Shown here in pieces: positions 28,749 to 39,710 of a DNA stretch of 54,409 nt (within the stretch, counting starts at the first letter, position 1; every line of letters begins with the position of its first letter). The stretch lies in sequence record DRR723986_2294, one strand, 5' to 3'. The position numbers and the translations under genes were made by a program. The notes beneath the pieces are model-generated. The model saw nothing but the letters and a program-made list of their open reading frames with translations, was not told where the DNA came from and did no database searches.

Positions 28749-28763
28749 GAACTGAAACTGAAC
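28749..28763. promoter_or_regulatory. 11-bp-period direct repeat (GAAC-N7-GAAC; also TGA-N8-TGA)
   Basis: TGAACTGAAACTGAAC in the trpS-DUF4136 intergenic region. A second TGA-N8-TGA lies at 28609-28622. Confidence 0.5.
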
Positions 28764-28798
28764 AACAATAAGGCGGTGCTAGGTACTTTAAATATGCG

Positions 28799-29830
28799 TT
28801 AGAGAAACCCAACGGCCTGTTTTACTTCCGCTAAAATAGGTTCAGCAAGCGCTGATGCGCGTTCTGCACCATCGGTTAAAACACCGTCTATATAGTCAGG
28901 CTCTTTCTGCAGGCGCGCCATCTCTTCAGTTATGGGTGCAAGCTTGCTGGCGACCACGTCGGTTAATGCTTTTTTAAACTCGGCAAACCCTTGGCCTTCA
29001 AACTCGGCGCAAACACTGTCTCGGCTTTGATCCATTAACGCGGCATATATGCCCACCAAATTGGCCGCCTCTGGTCTACCTTCCAGGCCAGAAGCATCGG
29101 CAGGCAGGGGCTCTGCATCTGTGCGGGCCTTGCGTATTTTAGCGGCCAGCGTGTCGGCATCATCGTTCAGATTAATCCGACTCATATCAGACGGGTCTGA
29201 CTTGGACATTTTCTTACTGCCGTCACGCAGGCTCATCACCCGCGCGCCCTCGCCCATAATAACAGGTTCAGTTAAAGGGAAAATATCAGCGCTGTAGTCA
29301 TTGTTGAACTTCTGTGCAATGTCGCGCGTTAACTCTAGGTGCTGCTTCTGGTCATCGCCCACAGGGACGTGCGTGGCTTTATAAAGCAAAATATCAGCGG
29401 CCATGAGGTTGGGGTATATATAAAGCCCCACCGATGCCTTTTCCCGGTTTTTGCCGGCCTTGTCTTTGAACTGAGTCATGCGGTTCAACCAACCAAGCCT
29501 TGAAACGCAGTTTAATATCCACGCCAATTCCGCATGCCCGGCTACTTTGCTTTGATTATATAGAATTGAGCGTGCCGGGTTGACGCCGGATGCAATGTAA
29601 GCCGCTGCCGCTTCACGGATTTGTGCCTGCAACATCACGGGGTCTTGCCACACGGTAATTGCATGCATGTCCACCACGCAGTAAAGCGCCTCATAGCTAT
29701 TTTGAAGCGTTGCCCAGTTTTTAAAGGCCCCTAGGTAATTTCCAAGATGCATATTGCCCGATGGCTGGGCACCTGAAAAAACCCGTCTAGAAAATGTGGG
29801 CGAGTTAGAAAGTTTAGACGATGTGGTCAA
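28799..29830 (-). CDS. trpS: Tryptophan--tRNA ligase
   Basis: [48 protein letters not shown]. Confidence 0.98.
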   Translation of the reverse strand: MTTSSKLSNSPTFSRRVFSGAQPSGNMHLGNYLGAFKNWATLQNSYEALYCVVDMHAITVWQDPVMLQAQIREAAAAYIASGVNPARSILYNQSKVAGHAELAWILNCVSRLGWLNRMTQFKDKAGKNREKASVGLYIYPNLMAADILLYKATHVPVGDDQKQHLELTRDIAQKFNNDYSADIFPLTEPVIMGEGARVMSLRDGSKKMSKSDPSDMSRINLNDDADTLAAKIRKARTDAEPLPADASGLEGRPEAANLVGIYAALMDQSRDSVCAEFEGQGFAEFKKALTDVVASKLAPITEEMARLQKEPDYIDGVLTDGAERASALAEPILAEVKQAVGFL

Positions 29831-29914
29831 GGTGGGGCTCCGTTCGTGAATTTGGAGTGCGCCTTATGGCAAGAGACAGGGCTATGGTCAAGCAGGACCG
29901 CCAAATAGGCGGGC

Positions 29915-31486
29915 TTATGGATGTTTTTTGAGGCTGGTCATAAGCTCATGTGGTTTTACCCCGCCAAGTAAAACAACCACAATAAAGTAAATTGTCGCCC
30001 CAGCGGCCACAAATGCTGTCAGTCCCGCCACGCGCATCAAGCCATCTTCAGCGAAAATGTCAGCCCACTGGTCGCGGGCCCAATAAAGGGCGACCCCCAT
30101 GAAAACACTCGCGACAATAAACTTGCCTGCGTTCTTTAATGTGCGCCGGTCTGCAATGAAATGCTCTCTTTTTTGTAGGCCCCAATATAGTAACGCTACG
30201 TTGAGCCATGCGGCAATTGCAGTTGCTGCCGCCAGCCCCACGTGAGCAAAATATTGGATCAGCACAAGGTTTAGAATTAAGTTCATTACCAGCGAAACAG
30301 ACGCATAAATTACGGGTGTGCGTGTGTCACTGCGGGCGAAATAAGCTGGAGTGAGCGCTTTTTGAATTACATAAGCCGGTAAGCCAAAGGCATAAGCAAA
30401 CAGGGCCGCTGATGTGGCATTGGTGTCGCCGCTGACGAAAGCCCCACGCTCAAAAATTGTTGCAATGACCGGCCCTGCAATTATTGCCAGCGCGGCTGCT
30501 GCGGGAATTGTTAGCAACAGGGAAAACTCTAATGCCCGGTTTTGTTGTTTCATGGCGCCAGCAATATCATCTGCCGCTAACAACCTTGAAATACCCGGCA
30601 ATAAAACTGTGCCAACCGCAATACCAATAACGCCGAGAGGCAGTTGCGCCAGCCGGTCTGCGTAAAAAAGCCATGACACCGAGCCTTCCGGTAGCATGCG
30701 CGCGGCTATTACCACATCAGCCAGAAGATTGATCTGCATCACGCCTGCGCCTACTGCCGCTGGCGCCATTACGCGCAACAATTCGCGCACATCGTCGGTT
30801 AGGCGCGGCCGGGGCAAGTGAATGCTGAGCCCCGCCCGCCGCGCGGCGAAGTATAACCATATAAACTGCACGAGGCCTGATATGGATACAGCGCCCGCCA
30901 AGAAGCGCGCGGCTTGGGCATCAGTTTCATGAAACAGCAGTAGCGCGCCGATCATGAAAATATTCAGCAGCACAGGTGCAAAAGCGGCGGCGGAAAACCG
31001 CCCCACTGCATTGAGCATGCCGGAGAGAAAAGACACCAGTGAAATAAGCAAGAGATACGGAAATGTATAGCGTCCTAGCTCGACCACGAGATCAAACTTT
31101 TGGGTTGAGTCTGCGCCGCCTTCAAACCCGCCGGTCAGGCCAAGCATTACTGGCACCATGGAAAGCTCCATGATAATCAAAAGCACCACAAGTATGGGGA
31201 GCAACCAGCCTAAAACACGACCCGCAAAAGCCTCGGCAGCTTTCTGGCTTTCCGGTGTTATTTCTTTGCCTAGCGCTCGGGAAAACAAGGGCACAAAGCC
31301 AACCGAAAAAGCCCCCTCAGCAAACAGCCGCCTGAAAAAATTAGGCAACTTGAATGCGATAAAGAAAGCATCCGCTGCCATGCCTGCGCCCAGATAGCGG
31401 GCCATGAGAAAATCACGCATCAAACCGAATATACGACTCAAAAGCGTGAAACCCCCAACGGTTGAGATTTTTTTTATCAAGCTCAT
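29915..31486 (-). CDS. murJ: Lipid II flippase MurJ (MviN)
   Basis: TLLSRIFGLMRD, ADAFFIAFKLPNFFRRLFAEGAFS, LFYADRLAQLPLG. Confidence 0.97.
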   Translation of the reverse strand: MSLIKKISTVGGFTLLSRIFGLMRDFLMARYLGAGMAADAFFIAFKLPNFFRRLFAEGAFSVGFVPLFSRALGKEITPESQKAAEAFAGRVLGWLLPILVVLLIIMELSMVPVMLGLTGGFEGGADSTQKFDLVVELGRYTFPYLLLISLVSFLSGMLNAVGRFSAAAFAPVLLNIFMIGALLLFHETDAQAARFLAGAVSISGLVQFIWLYFAARRAGLSIHLPRPRLTDDVRELLRVMAPAAVGAGVMQINLLADVVIAARMLPEGSVSWLFYADRLAQLPLGVIGIAVGTVLLPGISRLLAADDIAGAMKQQNRALEFSLLLTIPAAAALAIIAGPVIATIFERGAFVSGDTNATSAALFAYAFGLPAYVIQKALTPAYFARSDTRTPVIYASVSLVMNLILNLVLIQYFAHVGLAAATAIAAWLNVALLYWGLQKREHFIADRRTLKNAGKFIVASVFMGVALYWARDQWADIFAEDGLMRVAGLTAFVAAGATIYFIVVVLLGGVKPHELMTSLKKHP

Positions 31487-34272
31487 GCGGCTGTTCCTGC
31501 CTTGGCCTTTGCAGCGGATTTAATATCTTTTTTTTCTTCGGCCTTTTTGCTGAATATAGGCTCACCTCTTGCTGCTTTCAGTAGCTTTGCTTCAATGTTG
31601 CGCAGTCTGACCTTGTTGGTGATTTTATCGCCCAATAAATCAGTGACGTAAAAAACATCAACGGCGCGTTCGCCGTATGTTGCAACATGAGCGGAGACAA
31701 TGGATAGCTTGAGGCCGTATAGCGCATATGTCAGGTCATACAAAAGCCCAGGCCTGTCTTTTGCATTAATTTCCAGCACAGTAGAGCGGCTTGATGCTTT
31801 GTTATCAAGTAAGACGACAGGTTCGATTTTGAACGCTGCGTTTTTGGCGCCAAACACCCGTTTTTTGCCCAGTCGTTCTTTTGGCCGAACCGAGCCTTTC
31901 AATGTGTTGAGAATTGTTTCTTCCAGCTTATCCAATTGTCTACGGCTGTTGAAAGCTTTGCCGCTCATGTCTTGCACGATGAAATTGTCCATAGCCATGC
32001 CGTCGCGGGACGTATGAATTTTTGCCCCCAAAATTGAGGCGCCTGCCACACCTAATGCGCCCACCACGCGTGCGATTAGGCCGGGGTGATCTTGAGTATA
32101 AAGCGCAACATTTGTCATTGCCTGCCATTCTTCTACCCTGGCAGCCACGCCTATAGGCTCACCCTTTTTATCCACCTTTTTCATCAGCTGGGCATTTTGC
32201 AGCAGCGTATCAGTATCTTCAGCTATCCAATAGGCGTCCACCATACGGTCGAGGTGTTTTTTTGTGGCCGTTGCCGACCAGCCTTTCAGGGCATCCTTGA
32301 AAGCGGCTTTCTTCCATTTCACGCGGTCATTGCGCCCTAAAGTTACATGCCCTGCGCGCAAAACTTCTTCGGCGGCATAGTAAAGCTCGCGCAGTAATTG
32401 GCCCTTCCAGCCATTCCAGACGTTGGGGCCAACGGCACGAATATCAACAACGGTTAAAACCACCAGCAACCGTAACCGTTCAGGGCTTTTCACAATGTCG
32501 CAAAAATCTTGAATGGTTTTTGGGTCGCTTAAGTCGCGCTTGAAGGCCGTGTTGCTCATCAACAGGTGCCAGCGAACCAGCCAAGCTACAGTTTCTGTTT
32601 CTGAAGGCTTTAGCCCCAAGCGCGGGCACACCCGCTCTGCGATTTCTGCACCAATAATAGAATGGTCTCCGCCGCGCCCTTTGGCGATGTCATGCAAAAG
32701 AACAGCCACGTATAAAACGTTGCGAGACAGTATTTCATGAATAACGTGGGTGGAAAGCGGGTGGTCTTCTTTCAGCTCTCCAGTTTCGATTTTTGCAACC
32801 AGTCCAATGGCTCTTATTGTATGTTCATCAACAGTGTAGTGATGGTACATATCATACTGCATTTGCGCGACAACGCGCCCGAAATCAGGCAAAAACCGGC
32901 CAAAAACGCCCGCTTCATTCATTCTGCGTAAGTTGATTTCTCCGTGTTTTTTTGAAGTTAAAACATCTAAAAAATACTGGTTTGCTTCAGGGCTGCGGCG
33001 CACGTTTAAGTTCATGCGCGATAAGTTTTGCTTAATAATACGTAGCGTATTGGGGTGGATATCGAGGCCTTTTGCATCTGCTACCGCGAATATTTTAACC
33101 ATCAAAGCGGGGTCGCGCTGAAAGTCGTCTTCGTTTAAGACAACTAAACGTTCTTCCTGTATGCCAAAGCCTTGCAGTTTTTTAGTGCGTCGAAGCCGCG
33201 AGAAGAAGGTTTTTTGTTGCCGAGCTTCCAAAACAGCACAGAAGATTCGCGTTAAATCTCCCACTTGTTTGGCGACCAGAAAATAATGCTTCATGAAGCG
33301 CTCAACGCCCGAAGAACCGGCGCGGTCTTTATATTGCAACAGTTCAGCCAAGCGCTGCTGCATGTCAAAAGTTAAGCGTTCGTCTGCTCGGTCTGTTAGG
33401 AAGTGCAAAGCAACCCTTACCGTCCAGAGAAAATTCTCCGCTTTAATGAACTGCCGGTTTTCTGCAGGTGTTAAAATGTCGGCATCAATAACAGGACCGC
33501 GGTTCACGCCGTATAAGTAGCGCGCAATCCACCACATGGTTTGAAGGTCGCGCAATCCCCCTTTGCCGTCTTTTATGTTGGGTTCAACCACATAGCGGCT
33601 ATCGCCCATTTTTTTATGGCGGGTATCGCGCTCTTCCAGTTTTTGAGTGACAAAAGCAGGCCCTGTGCCAGTTACAACTCGTTTAACAAAACGGTTTGCC
33701 GCCAGTTTAAACAGTTTTTGCTCGCCCCAAATATAGCGTGCTTCCAGTAAGGATGTGCGTATGGTCAGGTCTTCTTTTCCCAGCCGCACACATTCGTCTG
33801 GGGTTCGGGTAGCATGCCCTACTTTTAAGCCTAAGTCCCACAATACATACAGCATATATTCTGCAACATTTTCCGCCCAGGCGGTCGCTTTATACGGAAT
33901 GAGAAAAAGAAGGTCGATGTCTGAATAGGGGGCCAGCTCACCGCGGCCGTAGCCTCCCGTTGCCACCAAACATAGTTTTTCTCCGGCAGTGGGGTTGGCT
34001 AGCGGGTAGACATGTTCGGTTACAAAGTCATAGAGAACGCGCATTATTTGGTCCAAGACATAACTTAACGCCCGCGCTGATGTGGCACCTTTGTCTGCCT
34101 CATCAAAAAAGCGCCGTTTAACTTCACCCCAACCGGTCTGGTGTGCCTCTTTTAATATCGCTACCAGCTCTGGCTGCCAGTCGCTTTCTGGCACGGTTTT
34201 GGCCATGTCCTCCAAGGCAGCCGTAAGCTGCTTGCGGTTGATCAAAGCCAGTTTATGTCGGATCGGTTTCAT
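31483..34272 (-). CDS. glnD: Bifunctional PII uridylyltransferase/uridylyl-removing enzyme
   Basis: ATGGYGRGELAPYSDIDL (nucleotidyltransferase), HHYTVDEH and LLHDIAKGR (HD domain), two ACT domains (DHPGL, DRPGLL). Confidence 0.98.
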   Translation of the reverse strand: MKPIRHKLALINRKQLTAALEDMAKTVPESDWQPELVAILKEAHQTGWGEVKRRFFDEADKGATSARALSYVLDQIMRVLYDFVTEHVYPLANPTAGEKLCLVATGGYGRGELAPYSDIDLLFLIPYKATAWAENVAEYMLYVLWDLGLKVGHATRTPDECVRLGKEDLTIRTSLLEARYIWGEQKLFKLAANRFVKRVVTGTGPAFVTQKLEERDTRHKKMGDSRYVVEPNIKDGKGGLRDLQTMWWIARYLYGVNRGPVIDADILTPAENRQFIKAENFLWTVRVALHFLTDRADERLTFDMQQRLAELLQYKDRAGSSGVERFMKHYFLVAKQVGDLTRIFCAVLEARQQKTFFSRLRRTKKLQGFGIQEERLVVLNEDDFQRDPALMVKIFAVADAKGLDIHPNTLRIIKQNLSRMNLNVRRSPEANQYFLDVLTSKKHGEINLRRMNEAGVFGRFLPDFGRVVAQMQYDMYHHYTVDEHTIRAIGLVAKIETGELKEDHPLSTHVIHEILSRNVLYVAVLLHDIAKGRGGDHSIIGAEIAERVCPRLGLKPSETETVAWLVRWHLLMSNTAFKRDLSDPKTIQDFCDIVKSPERLRLLVVLTVVDIRAVGPNVWNGWKGQLLRELYYAAEEVLRAGHVTLGRNDRVKWKKAAFKDALKGWSATATKKHLDRMVDAYWIAEDTDTLLQNAQLMKKVDKKGEPIGVAARVEEWQAMTNVALYTQDHPGLIARVVGALGVAGASILGAKIHTSRDGMAMDNFIVQDMSGKAFNSRRQLDKLEETILNTLKGSVRPKERLGKKRVFGAKNAAFKIEPVVLLDNKASSRSTVLEINAKDRPGLLYDLTYALYGLKLSIVSAHVATYGERAVDVFYVTDLLGDKITNKVRLRNIEAKLLKAARGEPIFSKKAEEKKDIKSAAKAKAGTAA

Positions 34273-34358
34273 TTAAGCGCAAGCTTTCCGGTCTTTGAAC
34301 AATAGTTACGGCACACTAGTCTCGGTTCAATGGTCAGGCGCTGTATAGCACCGCCACA

Positions 34359-37160
34359 TTAATCGTCAGGATGAAGGTCCTTCAGCTCGTAAAGTAGGTC
34401 AAGCGCTTCTTTCGGTGACAATGTGTCTGGGTTGATAGGCGCCAGCTTGCTTTCAACCGCGCTTCGGGCGCTCGCAGAATGCTCTTGGGCGCTTTGGGTC
34501 GGTGTGGACTGAAACAAGGGCAAGTCATGCACAAGCCGTTCGGCCCCACTGCCTTTGTCTGATGTTTCCAAGTGGTCAAGAACTTGCCGTGCCCTTGCCA
34601 CCACCGCTGCGGGCAGACCTGCCAGTTTAGCAACCTGAATACCATATGACCGGTCCGCCGCCCCTGAGGTAACCTCATGCAAAAAGACAACTTCGCCTTT
34701 CCATTCACGTACTTTCATTGATCGTAGTGACACCGCTTCCAGCGTTTCTTTTAGGGCGGTTAGTTCGTGATAGTGGGTGGCAAACAAGGCGCGTGATTGA
34801 TTGATATTATGAAGATGCTCTACGGCGGCCCACGCAATGGATAGCCCGTCATAAGTGGCGGTGCCGCGACCAATTTCGTCCAAAATAACCAGTGATCTCG
34901 GGCCTGCTTGATTAAGGATAGCGGCCGTTTCCACCATTTCCACCATGAAGGTGGACCTACCATGTGCCAGGTCGTCTGATGCGCCAACACGGCTGAACAA
35001 GCGGTCCACTACACCGATATGCGCGTGCGCGGCGGGCACATAGCTGCCCATTTGCCCCAGAATAGCGATGAGGGCATTTTGCCGCAAAAACGTACTTTTA
35101 CCCGCCATGTTTGGCCCGGTTAATAGCCAAAGTCGATCATCGGGGTTCAAGGTGCAATCATTGGCAATAAAACTGGCATTGCTTGAGCGTGCCAGCGCTG
35201 CTTCCACCACCATGTGCCTGCCGGCCTGCACATCAAATGACTGGCTGTCATCAATTTCAGGTCGGGTCAAATTGCACTCTTCCGCCAACACAGCTAACGC
35301 CGAGGTAGCATCAAGCATGGCAAGAGCATCTGCTGCCAGAGAAATGGCTCCTGCATGGTCTAGAACCAGAGCGTTAAGGCCAGCAAACAAATCTTGTTCT
35401 AACGCCAAAGCTCGATCGCCTGCTTCTGAAATTTTACCCGCAAGTCGTGATAGTTCAGCAGAGGAAAACCGCACCACATTCGCCAGTGTTTGTCGGTGGA
35501 TGAAGGTTTCATTCAGCGGCGCAGACATCATAACGTCTGCGTGTTTCGCGTTTAGGTCCACATGATAACCCAGCACATTATTATGCTTTATTTTCAGGGT
35601 GTTGATAGATGTAAGCTGTTGATACTCGCTTTCCAGTGCAGCAATCAGGCGCCTGCTTTGGTCGCGAAGCACCCGGAACTCGTCCAGCGCTTCATTGTAT
35701 TTTTCGCGGATAAAACCGCCGTCACGTGCCAGCAGGGGCGGTTCGTCCACTAATGCTGTCTCAAGTTCAGCAATCAAATTTTCATGGTCACCAAGGTCGG
35801 CTACAGCATCGTCAATGCGCATGGGGGTTTCGTCCAGCGCATTTGCCTGTGCCACAAGCATCGCTTTGGCTGTTACGGCTGCTTTAAGCCCAGCGTGAAT
35901 TGCCGACAGGTCCCGTGGGCCGCCGCGCCCCATTGATAGCCGCATGAGCGCACGGTCCATGTCCGGGGTTGATTTGAGCACGTGCCTTAGTTCACTGCGT
36001 TGGGTCGGAGCGTCTGCGAAAAATGTAACGCAGTCCAGACGTTCACCGATGCGCACCGGGTCGGTTAACGGCGCAGACAGTCGTTTGGCCAAAAGCCTTG
36101 CGCCAGCGCCTGTTATGGTTCGGTCAATTACTGAGAGTAAGCTGCCTTCTGTGTCGCCGGTTTGGGTTCGCGCCAGCTCTAGGCTTCGACGGGTAGCTGC
36201 ATCGATCATCATCGACCCATCTGATGATAACCTCGTCGGCGGATTCAGTTTCGGCAGCGTGCCTTTTTGGGTGTCTTCCAGATAGTCCAAAAGCGCCCCG
36301 GCAGCGGCCAGGTCAGCGCGGGTAAAGTTGCCAAACCCATCCAGTGTTGAAACATCAAACTGGTCTTGCAGTCTGCGTTTGCCGTTACCGCTGTCAAAAA
36401 CATGGTCGGCGAGCGGGCTTAAACAGGCGCGCCAGTCAAATAAAGCGGCATTGATGGTTTCGTCTTTGGTTGCACTTTCAGGCACGAGAATTTCGCCGGG
36501 TTGAAGTCGGGCGATATCGGCATCCAGTCGGCCTGATTTGGTAGGCAGCACGAAAAACTCACCTGTCGACATATCAGCAACCGCCAGAGACACGTCTTTT
36601 TGCGCTCGGCCGAGCGCCACCAGATAATTGTGGCTGCGGGGGTTAAGCAGGTTGTCTTCCGTTAAGGTGCCAGGTGTTACCAGCCTCACAACTTCGCGGC
36701 GCACAACAGACTTGGCCCCGCGTTTTTTTGCAGCACTTGGGTCTTCGGTTTGCTCGCACACCGCAACCTTAAAGCCGCGCTTGATCAGGCGCGAAAGATA
36801 ATTTTCTGCCGCATGAACTGGCACACCGGCCATGGGGATGTCTTCGCCGGAAAGTTTACCGCGTTTTGTTAAGGTGATGTCGAGCGCAGCGGACGCTTGC
36901 TCGGCGTCATCAAAAAACAGCTCGTAAAAATCACCCATTCGGTAAAACAACAGGCAATCAGGGTAGTCTGCCTTTATTTCCAGAAACTGCTGCATCATGG
37001 GCGTTACGCCCGGTGCCTTCAGCGCTTTCAACCATTTATTGCCATTAGCACGGGTTGCCTCTACGTCGCTGGTTTCCGGTTTCTCCGGTGCAGCATCGGC
37101 ATCTATATCGTTTGCAGCCTCAGTATTTGTCGGCTGGTTATTTGCGGCATTGGCTTCCAA
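34359..37160 (-). CDS. mutS: DNA mismatch repair protein MutS
   Basis: [57 protein letters not shown]. Exact start uncertain because of an acidic N-terminal extension. Confidence 0.98.
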   Translation of the reverse strand: MEANAANNQPTNTEAANDIDADAAPEKPETSDVEATRANGNKWLKALKAPGVTPMMQQFLEIKADYPDCLLFYRMGDFYELFFDDAEQASAALDITLTKRGKLSGEDIPMAGVPVHAAENYLSRLIKRGFKVAVCEQTEDPSAAKKRGAKSVVRREVVRLVTPGTLTEDNLLNPRSHNYLVALGRAQKDVSLAVADMSTGEFFVLPTKSGRLDADIARLQPGEILVPESATKDETINAALFDWRACLSPLADHVFDSGNGKRRLQDQFDVSTLDGFGNFTRADLAAAGALLDYLEDTQKGTLPKLNPPTRLSSDGSMMIDAATRRSLELARTQTGDTEGSLLSVIDRTITGAGARLLAKRLSAPLTDPVRIGERLDCVTFFADAPTQRSELRHVLKSTPDMDRALMRLSMGRGGPRDLSAIHAGLKAAVTAKAMLVAQANALDETPMRIDDAVADLGDHENLIAELETALVDEPPLLARDGGFIREKYNEALDEFRVLRDQSRRLIAALESEYQQLTSINTLKIKHNNVLGYHVDLNAKHADVMMSAPLNETFIHRQTLANVVRFSSAELSRLAGKISEAGDRALALEQDLFAGLNALVLDHAGAISLAADALAMLDATSALAVLAEECNLTRPEIDDSQSFDVQAGRHMVVEAALARSSNASFIANDCTLNPDDRLWLLTGPNMAGKSTFLRQNALIAILGQMGSYVPAAHAHIGVVDRLFSRVGASDDLAHGRSTFMVEMVETAAILNQAGPRSLVILDEIGRGTATYDGLSIAWAAVEHLHNINQSRALFATHYHELTALKETLEAVSLRSMKVREWKGEVVFLHEVTSGAADRSYGIQVAKLAGLPAAVVARARQVLDHLETSDKGSGAERLVHDLPLFQSTPTQSAQEHSASARSAVESKLAPINPDTLSPKEALDLLYELKDLHPDD

Positions 37161-37363
37161 AGCCGAACTCCTTCAAGACACCCTTATGAAAACAGCCATA
37201 AGAATTACAATTTAGTTTGCAGCGCGCAATGTGCGATAGTGTGCGCCGCGTTAGTTTACAAAATTCGCATAATCTGGTTTAGAGCATTCGGACACCGGCT
37301 GCCAAGTATAAGAACTGATAAACAAGCATAAGAATTATAAAATACGTAGATCTGGGAAATAGT

Positions 37364-39676
37364 ATGCCAAGCAAACCAACTAAATTTACTGACGATGAAG
37401 CGCTACGCTTTCACTCTAGCGGCAGACCAGGCAAGCTGGAGATAACACCGTCCAAGCCGATGGCGACGCAGCGAGACTTGTCTTTGGCGTACAGCCCTGG
37501 TGTTGCAGTGCCTGTGAAGGCCATCGCTGACGACCCAGACACAGCATATGATTATACTTCTAAAGGTAATTTGGTGGCGGTTATCTCCAATGGTACAGCC
37601 ATTTTGGGCTTGGGCGCATTGGGTGCTCAGGCTTCAAAGCCGGTAATGGAGGGCAAAGCCGTTCTGTTCAAGCGTTTCGCTGACGTTGATTCGATTGACC
37701 TGGAAGTTGATACAGATGACATCGACGAGTTTGTGAATTGTGTGAAGCTTCTTGGCCCCAGCTTCGGCGGCATTAACTTGGAAGACATTCGTGCACCTGA
37801 ATGTTTTATCATTGAACAGCGCTTGCGCGAACTTATGGACATCCCGGTATTTCATGATGACCAACACGGCACAGCAATTATCACCGCAGCAGGGTTTATA
37901 AATGCCCTTGACCTTACAGGACGTGATTTGAAAACAACTCGTGTGGTAGCTGTGGGGGCTGGTGCGGCGTGTATTGCTTGCATTGAACTGATCAAGGCAA
38001 TGGGTTTGCCGCATGACAATGTCACGATAGTTGACCGTACCGGGGTTATTTATGCCGGGCGCACAGAAGGCATGAACCAGTGGAAGTCTGCCCACGCGAT
38101 TGAGACAGACGCCCGCGACCTAACGCAAGCGATTAAAGGGGCTGATGCTGTCATTGGGCTGGCGGCTGCCGGTTCCATTACCAAAGATATGGTTGCCTCT
38201 ATGGCAGAAAAACCGATTATTTTTGCCATGGCGAACCCTGACCCTGAGATTACGCCTGAAGATGTGAAGTCGGTAAGACCAGATGCCATTATCGCCACGG
38301 GCCGGTCCGATTATCCCAACCAAGTTAATAATGTGCTGGGGTTCCCTTATATATTCCGCGGTGCGCTTGATGTGCGGGCGCGCACTATTAATGAAGAAAT
38401 GAAAATTGCAGCAGTTCATGCGCTGGCAGAGTTGGCGCGCGAAGACGTGCCAGATGAAGTTGCCGCAGCTTACGGCGGTGAACAACCGCATTATGGGGCG
38501 GACTATATTATTCCTGCCCCCTTTGACCCGCGGCTTATACGCACCATTCCTGTGCATGTTGCTCGCGCAGCGATGGAAACCGGCGTAGCGCGTAAACCGA
38601 TTGATGACCTGGAGGCTTACGAGCAGGAGCTTTCTGCCCGGCTTGACCCAACAGTTGATACGCTGTCGACCATATTTGAAGACCTGAAGCGCCGCCCCTT
38701 GAAGAGGGTGGTGTTTGCTGAAGCGGAAGAAGACCGTGTTTTGCGAGCAGCCATAGGCTTTAAAAATGCCGGGTACGGCATTCCAGTTTTGGTGGGCTAT
38801 GAAGCGCCCATTCGGGAAAAACTGCGCGAAATGGGCGTGGACGACACTGAATTTGAAATATCAAATGCCAGCAATAACCCTCGGCGTAATGACTATGTTG
38901 ATATGCTTTACAAGCGCTTGAACAGGCGCGGGTTTTTAGCCCGCGATGTGTCGCGCCTTGTCAAGCGAGACCGCAATGTCTTTTCTGCCTGCATGGTGGC
39001 AAGCGGAGATGCGGATGCGCTTGTTACGGGGGTTACGCGGCATTATTGGCGTGCTCTCAAAAATATGAAACGCGTGATTGACCCACTGCCGGGCCAGCGA
39101 CCATTTGGGTTGTCAATTATGGTGATGCGCGGCCGCACTGTATTTTTGGCCGACACGACTGTTAACGAAGGGCCGTCGGCGACAGAACTTGCCGACATCG
39201 CCGAAGCGGCTGCCGCTTTTGTACGCAGGCTGGGGCATGACCCCAGAGCCGCCTTTTTGTCTTTCTCAAATTTCGGTAACCCACCGTCTGATCGCACACG
39301 GCATATTCAGGAAGCCGTTTCTATTTTGGAGGACCGCGATGTGGACTTTGAGTTTGACGGCGAAATGCAGGCCGATGTAGCGCTTAACCGGGACCTGATG
39401 GAAAAGTATCCGTTCATGCGACTGTCGGGCCCGGCCAACTTGTTGATTATGCCAACACTTCATTCGGCAAATATTAGCTACAAGCTTTTGAGCGAACTTG
39501 GTGGGGGGCGTATTATTGGCCCTATGTTGCTGGGGATGAACCACGCCATTCAAGTGGCCCGTTTGACCTCAACCGCAACTGACCTTGTGAATATGGCAGC
39601 CTTGGCTGCTGCAAATGCTGATATGTTGGAGCAGACGCGCGGCAAAATTAAAAAACAGGAAGAATTGTCCCTTTAA
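37364..39676 (+). CDS. maeB: NADP-dependent malic enzyme with C-terminal PTA-like domain
   Basis: LSLAYSPGVA, KPVMEGK, FHDDQHGTA, TGRSDYPNQVNN, DGEMQAD. Confidence 0.96.
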   Translation: MPSKPTKFTDDEALRFHSSGRPGKLEITPSKPMATQRDLSLAYSPGVAVPVKAIADDPDTAYDYTSKGNLVAVISNGTAILGLGALGAQASKPVMEGKAVLFKRFADVDSIDLEVDTDDIDEFVNCVKLLGPSFGGINLEDIRAPECFIIEQRLRELMDIPVFHDDQHGTAIITAAGFINALDLTGRDLKTTRVVAVGAGAACIACIELIKAMGLPHDNVTIVDRTGVIYAGRTEGMNQWKSAHAIETDARDLTQAIKGADAVIGLAAAGSITKDMVASMAEKPIIFAMANPDPEITPEDVKSVRPDAIIATGRSDYPNQVNNVLGFPYIFRGALDVRARTINEEMKIAAVHALAELAREDVPDEVAAAYGGEQPHYGADYIIPAPFDPRLIRTIPVHVARAAMETGVARKPIDDLEAYEQELSARLDPTVDTLSTIFEDLKRRPLKRVVFAEAEEDRVLRAAIGFKNAGYGIPVLVGYEAPIREKLREMGVDDTEFEISNASNNPRRNDYVDMLYKRLNRRGFLARDVSRLVKRDRNVFSACMVASGDADALVTGVTRHYWRALKNMKRVIDPLPGQRPFGLSIMVMRGRTVFLADTTVNEGPSATELADIAEAAAAFVRRLGHDPRAAFLSFSNFGNPPSDRTRHIQEAVSILEDRDVDFEFDGEMQADVALNRDLMEKYPFMRLSGPANLLIMPTLHSANISYKLLSELGGGRIIGPMLLGMNHAIQVARLTSTATDLVNMAALAAANADMLEQTRGKIKKQEELSL

Positions 39677-39710
39677 TATTGATGCGTTTTGTAGACCCAG
39701 CGGCTATTGA

